From Phoronis australis (taxonomy: Eukaryota > Animalia > Phoronida): a DNA stretch of 58,999 nucleotides. The notes beneath the pieces were generated by a model that saw only the letters and a list, made by a program, of their open reading frames with translations, made no database searches and was not told where the DNA came from. This document shows, piece after piece, positions 53,401 to 58,999 of this stretch; position 1 is the first letter of the stretch; each line of letters opens with the position of its first letter. The position numbers and the translations under genes were made by a program. The DNA lies in assembly GCA_002633005.1 (NCBI GenBank), contig NMRA01000180.1:699995-758993 (forward strand), written 5' to 3'.

Positions 53401-55171
53401 AATAATACTGTTCTCCCCAATAGACGGCAATCTCAGCCGATTTCATAAAGGTGGTTTAAAATAAAACCTGGTTTAAAATGGACTTAAACCAGGCTTAAAG
53501 ATAATCTGCATTTCATAAAGGTGGCTTACCTTTTAGTCCAGTGATCTAGTAAAACCTGGTTTAACTGCAATTTAGACCTGGTCTAAGTCAGTTTTCATTT
53601 CAACAACGAAGTCTATATTCTTGAGATCTGTATTAAGATCTTAAACCAGGTTTAATTTTAGACTTGGTCAGACCAAGGTTTAACTGTTAAATATGACGGA
53701 CTTGCATGATATAGGTGTAAATGAATGAGGCCGTGGTGTGCATTTACGACGCAGTTTTAGAGCGAAAATGGACTATTTTCAACATTCAGTTTTACGACGA
53801 CACAAGATCAAACGTAGCAGGGGCGGATCCACGACTTTTAAAGGGAGGGGGTCGGTCAAGGACTTTTAAAAAGGGAGGACCAAGTCAACAATTTGAAAAT
53901 TATGGTTTGATCTCACTAAAATCAAGCAAAAAGGGAGTCCAGACCCCTTGACCCCCTTGGATCCGCCTATGTGTAGACCAGTTCGTGCTGGATAATGTCC
54001 TGCGGATTCTTCAGAATGCGAGTGGTCGAGCAGGGCGTCATCGTCATAAGCGTTACGGGTTTGACTGAAGACAGCATTTTCTGATTCTTCTGAGCTCCAC
54101 CTCCATTGGTCTCCGACTTAATGTTGCCGGGAAGGGGTCTTGCTCCCCCCCCTTTGGCCGCGAAAAATAAACACTAAAATGGCAAGGAAATAAATTTGGA
54201 CATTTACGATATTACGGCTCGTGAGCTTGTACTTTAATGTGTGTATACGTGTGTTGGTCACACACATTACATCTTTCATCATGAGAAAAGCTTTTACACC
54301 TTTTTCGCAAATGTCTGCACTGATTCTACTAGTGTGTGCCATTGTATACCCACGTGATCAAGGTTTCATTGAAGCACTTCAATAGTTTCCTTGTTGGGTT
54401 AATCCAGATCGACACAGCAGGGTGGCTTAGATACTTTAAAACTGGTTTTACTAAACCGGCTACCTGGTCTAACAAAACCAGTCTTTCAGACTTTTAAACC
54501 ACGTTGGTGAAATGCAAATTGGGTCTAAAATTAGACCAGGTGTAGGAAGACCAGGTTTATGTCTTAAACCTGGTTTTGTTAAACCACCTTTATGAAATCG
54601 GCTGTATGTGTCACCGCAAGGTCAAGGTAATTTTGCAGAAACAACATTATTGATCGAAGTTTCTTTTAGATGCCAAATCAACGTTACATCGCCAAATGTG
54701 ACAAATAATAAACAAACACATTTACAACTATCAACAAACTTTCGTTTGTAGTTCACCTCAACAGTAAGTATAAGTTTCGTGTACAGTATGGTACAAGGAT
54801 ATAACAGTTGTACCACAATGGGTATAGTAGCTGTAATGGTCACTCAAATGGACAAAAGGCGTTGGTATCTCAAAGTTTAAAACCGATATCAAATCAAAAC
54901 TATTTACAGTTTTCACTAACATTTGCCACTAAGAAAAGCACGCCACTTGGGGACACACCAGCAGGCATCGAAAAGATGGCAGGTCTAGTCTACTTATTTT
55001 CATGAAGAACAATGATGAGAACGGCCAGTAATTCTTGGGACCTGCAGAAAACTTGGTAGTTACCCGATCATCTCCAAAATGGACCCACAGCCCCTAGATT
55101 TTGCTGCTGAAGTTAAATACGACAAAAACCGTTTGGTACGAGAACATTGCCGCCACGTACTTCTGTGCCAT
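29260..55171 (-). CDS. Lipoxygenase LOX-B (paralog of LOX-A), 11 exons, about 680 aa; contains a 1-nt frameshift (sequencing error or null allele/young pseudogene)
   Basis: Exons in 5'->3' order on the minus strand: 55171-55161 (tentative), 50565-50471, 43751-43591, 41188-40911 (278 nt, 1 nt short), 36993-36893, 36377-36173, 35727-35286, 32177-31927, 31403-31197, 30291-30181, 29439-29260. All GT-AG; eight of the nine shared exons match LOX-A in length. Motifs HQMGTHLLRTH, QHAAVNFGQ, RIPSSIAA*. Confidence 0.9.
30181..30291 (-). CDS. LOX-B exon
   Basis: RKFNVEMVDIMAALPDKMLTTAAAAITYALTRYTDRE; 111 nt. Confidence 0.92.
31197..31403 (-). CDS. LOX-B exon with QHAAVNFGQ
   Basis: LHTKAFPSDEGD...QHAAVNFGQFQHFSFPAAYPLALRQPPPD; 207 nt. 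Confidence 0.95.
31927..32177 (-). CDS. LOX-B exon
   Basis: GNHVELLKTLYRKRFQW...RGVDDAELLPNYHYRDDALLLWDAI...LQNFMKE; 251 nt. Confidence 0.94.
33220..34432. mobile_element. Internally deleted Kolobok-like element in a LOX-B intron
   Basis: TTAA on both sides (33216-33219, 34433-34436); imperfect TIRs of about 160 bp; KolX-like start MAELGDPYHSDVSD on + at 33543; decayed THAP on - from about 34187 (PHGCSVPGC..RFPTD..RVFRKHL..RLKKSFIP). Confidence 0.75.
35286..35727 (-). CDS. LOX-B exon with the His cluster and arched helix
   Basis: KGYVYILNYEDL...HQMGTHLLRTH...INTLGDLRSVAPGSTTDNTLSISG; 442 nt. Confidence 0.95.
36173..36377 (-). CDS. LOX-B exon
   Basis: CSSAEDLAFQKFYVERWDDDTVFGNLFLSGPNPTLIRRC...EEEMQ; 205 nt. 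Confidence 0.94.
36893..36993 (-). CDS. LOX-B exon
   Basis: GNFDLAVKMFGASSIVEKIYTWDKPEYLADIAM(R); 101 nt. Confidence 0.9.
38651..38902. repeat. Dispersed repeat ending at TTAA, copy in a LOX-B intron
   Basis: Homologous to 9190-9453; lies in a non-orthologous intron, so it is a mobile repeat rather than a relic of the gene duplication. Confidence 0.8.
39300..39785 (-). mobile_element. Truncated THAP-bearing element related to 18554-19507
   Basis: Minus strand KVCMCEGCSNSNGTHNISVFAFPK ... SVHFEESCFYPSQKRRFDEG, versus SAHFEESFFDSSQRRCYDEG near 18960; end ...CATGATGTGAGGTGT|TTAA at 39785; left boundary approximate. Confidence 0.6.
40911..41188 (-). CDS. LOX-B exon with a -1 frameshift at the A5 run (plus-strand T5 at 41156-41160)
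   Basis: VVITHNETE / KTSFPFYDWLEGIKKIPTAKAVLPFQETNEDLKNLRR...DAKDYDFK; 278 nt between two phase-0 junctions, not a multiple of 3. Confidence 0.88.
43591..43751 (-). CDS. LOX-B exon (PLAT)
   Basis: (G)TEGTTERILLDKTWHNDLETGAHDVYTLTGGDVGEMLYITVEKTGVDDWHLDK; 161 nt. Confidence 0.93.
44640..46320. repeat. Degenerate multi-unit interspersed repeat, interrupted by other sequence
   Basis: Four related units beginning CACTAG/CATTAGGAGG..TGCAGTGG..GAATC near 44748, 44925, 45054 and 46081, most followed by TTTCATTGAAATCCG-like motifs. Confidence 0.5.
46682..49667 (+). mobile_element. Academ(X)-like DNA transposon, internally deleted and decayed, about 3 kb, in a LOX-B intron
   Basis: Inverted termini ATAGTCC...GGACTAT flanked by GGCC on both sides; matching subterminal CCGTGG..TTTTGGGG..CAA motifs; remnants 47450-47700 (YH..Y..TRKLRR..LPP..VICHK) and 48528-48930 (EQFACKLYG..VNKARY..LPLT..LLLH.KRA..plus decayed Cys8/CXC finger). 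Confidence 0.65.
50471..50565 (-). CDS. LOX-B exon (first PLAT strands)
   Basis: atttcag|GGTTTAC...CATG|gtgggt; VYAAEVVTSAGWGTSGWKGTGTNDSVHLTLH(G) fits the PLAT pattern YxxxVxT...GTxDxVxLxLxG; its phase-1 donor joins the 43751 acceptor. Confidence 0.88.
52436..52570. repeat. Long imperfect hairpin
   Basis: CGTTATCCCCCGTTATCTAGAGCCC..GTGGATTTTGGAGAATTAT pairs with ATAATTCTACAAAATTCACGAGGGCTCTAATAAGGGGGATAACG. Confidence 0.75.
53434..54604. mobile_element. Non-autonomous TIR element (Harbinger-like)
   Basis: Perfect 26-bp TIR CAGCCGATTTCATAAAGGTGGTTTAA / TTAAACCACCTTTATGAAATCGGCTG; many subterminal A(A/G)ACCWGGT(T/C)T palindromes. Confidence 0.75.
53818..53971. mobile_element. Small MITE nested in the 53434-54604 element
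   Basis: CAGGGGCGGATCC ... GGATCCGCCTATG inverted termini; flanks cgtag / tgtag resemble a TSD. Confidence 0.65.
55161..55171 (-). CDS. Tentative LOX-B first coding micro-exon (M-A-Q-K)
   Basis: Minus strand aaaaATGGCACAGAA|gtacgt: good Kozak context and a phase-2 donor matching the phase-2 acceptor at 50565, giving MAQKVYAAEVVT. A second in-frame ATG lies at 55213. Confidence 0.5.
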
Positions 55172-55279
55172 TTTTGTTCTTTGAGATCTGTCATTATCTT
55201 TTCTTGATATCATTCCATAACGCTCTTCCCGTGTATCGCAAATACGTCAAAAGCCGCTTGTCAAAACTAACATAGTCAC

Positions 55280-55286
55280 ATATATA
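55280..55286 (-). promoter_or_regulatory. Candidate TATA box for LOX-B
   Basis: TATATAT on the minus strand, about 110 nt upstream of the tentative ATG; depends on the micro-exon call. Confidence 0.3.
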
Positions 55287-57353
55287 GGGGGCTCTGCAGA
55301 GGTCAAGTTCTCTCAGCAGTCAAACTCTGTCGGAGCATTGCATTGTGTTAAGTTTCATTGAAATATGTCAGTCAGTTATCAAGACTATCAACTGGAAACA
55401 CGCTTCCCTAATATACTGAAAACGTTTCCTTGTTCCTGGGGTAAGGACAGACTAACAAGTAGCATGCCTTACACCCTTGTGCAAAACTTCGTCAAAACAC
55501 GACCAGTGTCTCTAACATTGGAGAAGAAAACATATCTATTCGCGGCATCCAGCCACGGCAAAGGGTCGGTGTGTATAAAGGATGAACATTGTAATTGAGG
55601 GATTTGTTGACTAATTCTGAAGAAAAATCGCTGGTTGTCTGGCTCCCCGTCTCGCGTGAAGGTTCTATTATAAACAAAAATGACAAAATTAAAATGAAGC
55701 CATCAAATGATGGCTTTGGTAACTGCAACATGCCATCAAAACTCAGTCGAACATATGACCAGAAATTCACAGTGCACTGATCACCTGCAACCATTTTTTG
55801 CTTCAATAATATACCCTTAAAACCGAGATGAGAAGCGAGAGACCTGACTCAAGCCCCTGCTGGTCTCGAACCCACGACGAGGAAAGAAAGACAGCACTCT
55901 TCGCACAATGTCACACTGCCTTCTCTATAGCAGACTCGGAAACTCCTAGCAGTTTAAAACTACATTTCAGTAAGAATCTGGCATTATATTTACTGTGCTG
56001 ATGGGCGTGAACTTGAAATCATGCTTAATCTCAAGATCGAATACGCGTGGACTTTAATAAAGTTGTGCAATGCACTAAAGTAAATTACAGGTTAATAAAA
56101 TAATGTAAATTTTAGTCAAGTTTTCATTAACTATTAGCGATTTATGCCAAACATTAATTGATTAACCATTTAACGATTCCTCCCATTTGGGACACAAATT
56201 TCGATAAAAGAGAAAACGGGTGATAGTGAGCTCAATAATTAGCAAAATTTCTAAAAACTGAACAAATTAAAATTTCACCTAATTGCTTTAACTCCAAGTC
56301 TACACTGTACGCGCTCCTCGACTTCAGCATGATTCCAAGTTCACGTTCAGCTTGAGTTACGTAACTTTTTTGTCATTATTTTGCCGACAATTGACAGGTT
56401 TTTGATACTCATAAATCAATTAAATCACGAAAAAGGCGAAACTTTGCGAGAATTCCATCATTAAAACTAGTTAGAACTTTGTACTCGAAGGCGTCAGACT
56501 GGCTATAAAGGCGCCTATAACCAAAGCTCCAATCTTATTCACCTGTCGCGTTGAGGTGCCATTCTCCCCTCGTAGCTTGTAGACGCTTTGTAGTGAACCG
56601 AGTGAGCACACACTACACCTGTACATGTATAATGTACTTTAGCCACGCTCAGCAGACGGCTACAATCAGTCTGTTACGTAAGATTTGATGTTTACTCATG
56701 ATAACCTATTCAGCCATAGTGATGGTCTCCCACAGTCCTGATACAAAAAGACATTAAAAATCTTGTTGACGAAATAGAATAAGAAAAACGAGAGCGCTCG
56801 GAGGAGCGACACTTGACGAAATTACGCGAAAACAGGACGATGGGGAGGACGACAACTACGATCATGACGACTAGCGAGCAATGAAAAATATCTTATGAAA
56901 GCCCGTTTAAAACTCTGTCGAATTGTACAAATTTCTGATCGGTTAATATATATGGCAAGAAAATCCTGGCGCACAAAACTATTTTCAAAAAACACCAAAT
57001 TTTCTCCCCGAAATAACCACTTCCTTGCAAGTGCAAGAAAAAGTCTGACTACAGATTCAGAATGCTCGTCCTCACTAGATTCTAACTATGTGGTCATAGC
57101 AAGCCTCTTACCAGCTACTTTTTGGCAAATTTGATCTGTCTGACAGCCACCCGAAATCGCACCCGGTTTCTCGGACAACAGACGACAGGGGTTGATAGCA
57201 AATGACAGCCACCAGTTTGCATCATAAGTAAGTAAAACTTGGCTTTTATCATTCAAAAACACAAGTAAATAAGTTTCCTGGCAATTGTTGTCAATAATTT
57301 TCTCAAACCACCCTCCAAACCTGACACGCCCTCAACATAAATTCTAGGGACTA

Positions 57354-57477
57354 GAAAATGCTCCGTGGCCGCGGCCTGACTGTTGAAAATGCTCCGTGGC
57401 CGCGGCCTGACTGTTGAAAATGCTCCGTGGCCGCGGCCTGACCGTTGAAAATGCTCCGTGGCTGCGGCCTGACTGTT
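57354..57477. repeat. Minisatellite, 4 x 31 bp
   Basis: GAAAATGCTCCGTGGCCGCGGCCTGACTGTT in four contiguous copies with two substitutions. Confidence 0.95.
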
Positions 57478-58999
57478 CAGTGCTACCTGCAGTCTTGAGC
57501 GACAGTAAGCAAAATTAACGATGATGATGATTGTGATGATGAAGGTGGCGATGATGAACAACATCATAACATTCATACAATGAACTTAGATGTCATAAAT
57601 CAGTAAGAAATTAGCTTCAGTCTTGTTCAAATAAACTAAACCAACATCAGTGCAGTAAGAGCGCTTAAACAAGGGAACAGCGCTATCAGAAAATCTCAAA
57701 TAATTCAAAAAAGTAGACGTCCTAGCAAAAAATGGAAAACTTATTCTGAAAGCCCGTTCCAAACTCTACTTAAATTGATAGTTTTGCAACATTCCAAAAT
57801 TTTTTCGAAAAAATTGAAATTTTGCGTTTTTTTGAAATTCGAAGTCAAATAACTCGAAAACGGTAAGTCTGAGAAAAACGTTATCGCAAAACTTTTGAAA
57901 GAGCATACTTCAAGGAATCCACATGCAAAAATTCACATCATTTGCTCTTCCCGTTAAAAACTTATGCGACCGTAGAACGATTGCAAACGGATGAAAATGT
58001 GCCAGAGCCGCCATCTTCAAAGTGACTTCCGGTTAAACAAAATTTTACAAAAGCCGATATAAGAAAAATCAATATGAGTATAGAACTCTAGGACTGCAAT
58101 GCCAACTCCGGTGCAAAACCATGCAGTTTGGTATTGAAGGTCGCGACTGCGATCTCGAGGTTTTAGAGGACTGGCCGCGAGAGTTAGCCCAATGTAGGCC
58201 AAAGTCCTTGTTGTCTGCTCGGCTGAGTTATCAAATCAAACCTAATTTCTCTGCTTCATTTTCATTTTGACTTTTTTAAACAGAATGGAATCTAGTAAGA
58301 CTTTTGTGGTACGGTTCCAGACAACCAGCGATTTCTCGGTAAAGCTAATCAACAAACACGTCAGTTACACTGGTAATTCTTAACATGCACCGAAACGTGA
58401 CCCCGGCTGGATGACGGGAATATAGTTTTGTCTCTGATGTCTTTGCAACTCAAGTCTTACTTTCGATAACCTATCAAGCTACGTATGTTTTCATCAAGAC
58501 ATTTTGGATGCATTTCGCATTTTTTCGGAAAGAGGTGACCTTTGGTTTCTGAGTGTAGTGAAATGTGAAACGTAGTGTTTTGGCCCTTATAGCAGGTGTG
58601 TTTACGTAACTTTCGAAAATATGCTGTATTTATTGACATAGCTAAATGTGCGTTTGTGCAAATCATGTATACTGATATTATTACTTTTTCTTATTGTTTC
58701 TATAATAATCCATCTGTGCAATGTTTACCTGTTGCCCATGTATAAAGCTTATTAGATTTCTGAGCAGTGATGTTACCTATACCAGCGATATAAAATTATG
58801 AAAATGAAAAGTTAACCTCGTCAAAAATGCAATCCAATTCATTGTGTTGCTGACAACGCATTTGCCAAATGTCCTGCTACGGGAGGACTGCCGGTGACAT
58901 TTTTTGAAATTTTCCTCCCATTGCTTCACACTATCAAACTGTCCCGTACTTTGATATATGGCGAGCTTGATTGAAATATTATAGTATACTATTGTAGTT

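Noticed and set aside
55852-55878. tRNA-like B-box (GGTTCGAGACC on the minus strand); also an A-box-like stretch near 53126
   Set aside because: No complete cloverleaf could be folded; at most tRNA-derived SINE fragments.
57354-57477. CRISPR-like 31-bp repeats
   Set aside because: The units are contiguous with no spacers, no cas genes are present and the context is eukaryotic; it is a minisatellite.

Overview
Eukaryotic (metazoan, probably marine invertebrate) genomic DNA with spliceosomal introns and one 895-nt assembly gap. The window holds two paralogous animal-type lipoxygenase genes (PLAT plus catalytic domain) arranged tail-to-tail. LOX-A is on + (nine exons, 1187-11992; its 5' exons lie upstream of the window). 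LOX-B is on - (eleven exons, about 55171-29260, about 680 aa if a 1-nt frameshift in an A5 run is corrected). Intron positions and phases are identical in the two genes. Both keep the iron-binding His/His/His/Asn residues and have Gly at the Coffa site (predicted R-stereospecific), but both end in Ala instead of the usual C-terminal Ile. LOX-B also has radical changes in the arched helix. Between the genes is an intronless gene for a small secreted follistatin/Kazal-domain protein. Introns and intergenic DNA are rich in DNA-transposon relics: TTAA-flanked Kolobok-like elements with THAP and P2X7-ballast/KolX-like remnants, an Academ-like element, Harbinger-like MITEs, hairpins and minisatellites. 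All calls come from manual reading and translation; no database search was run.
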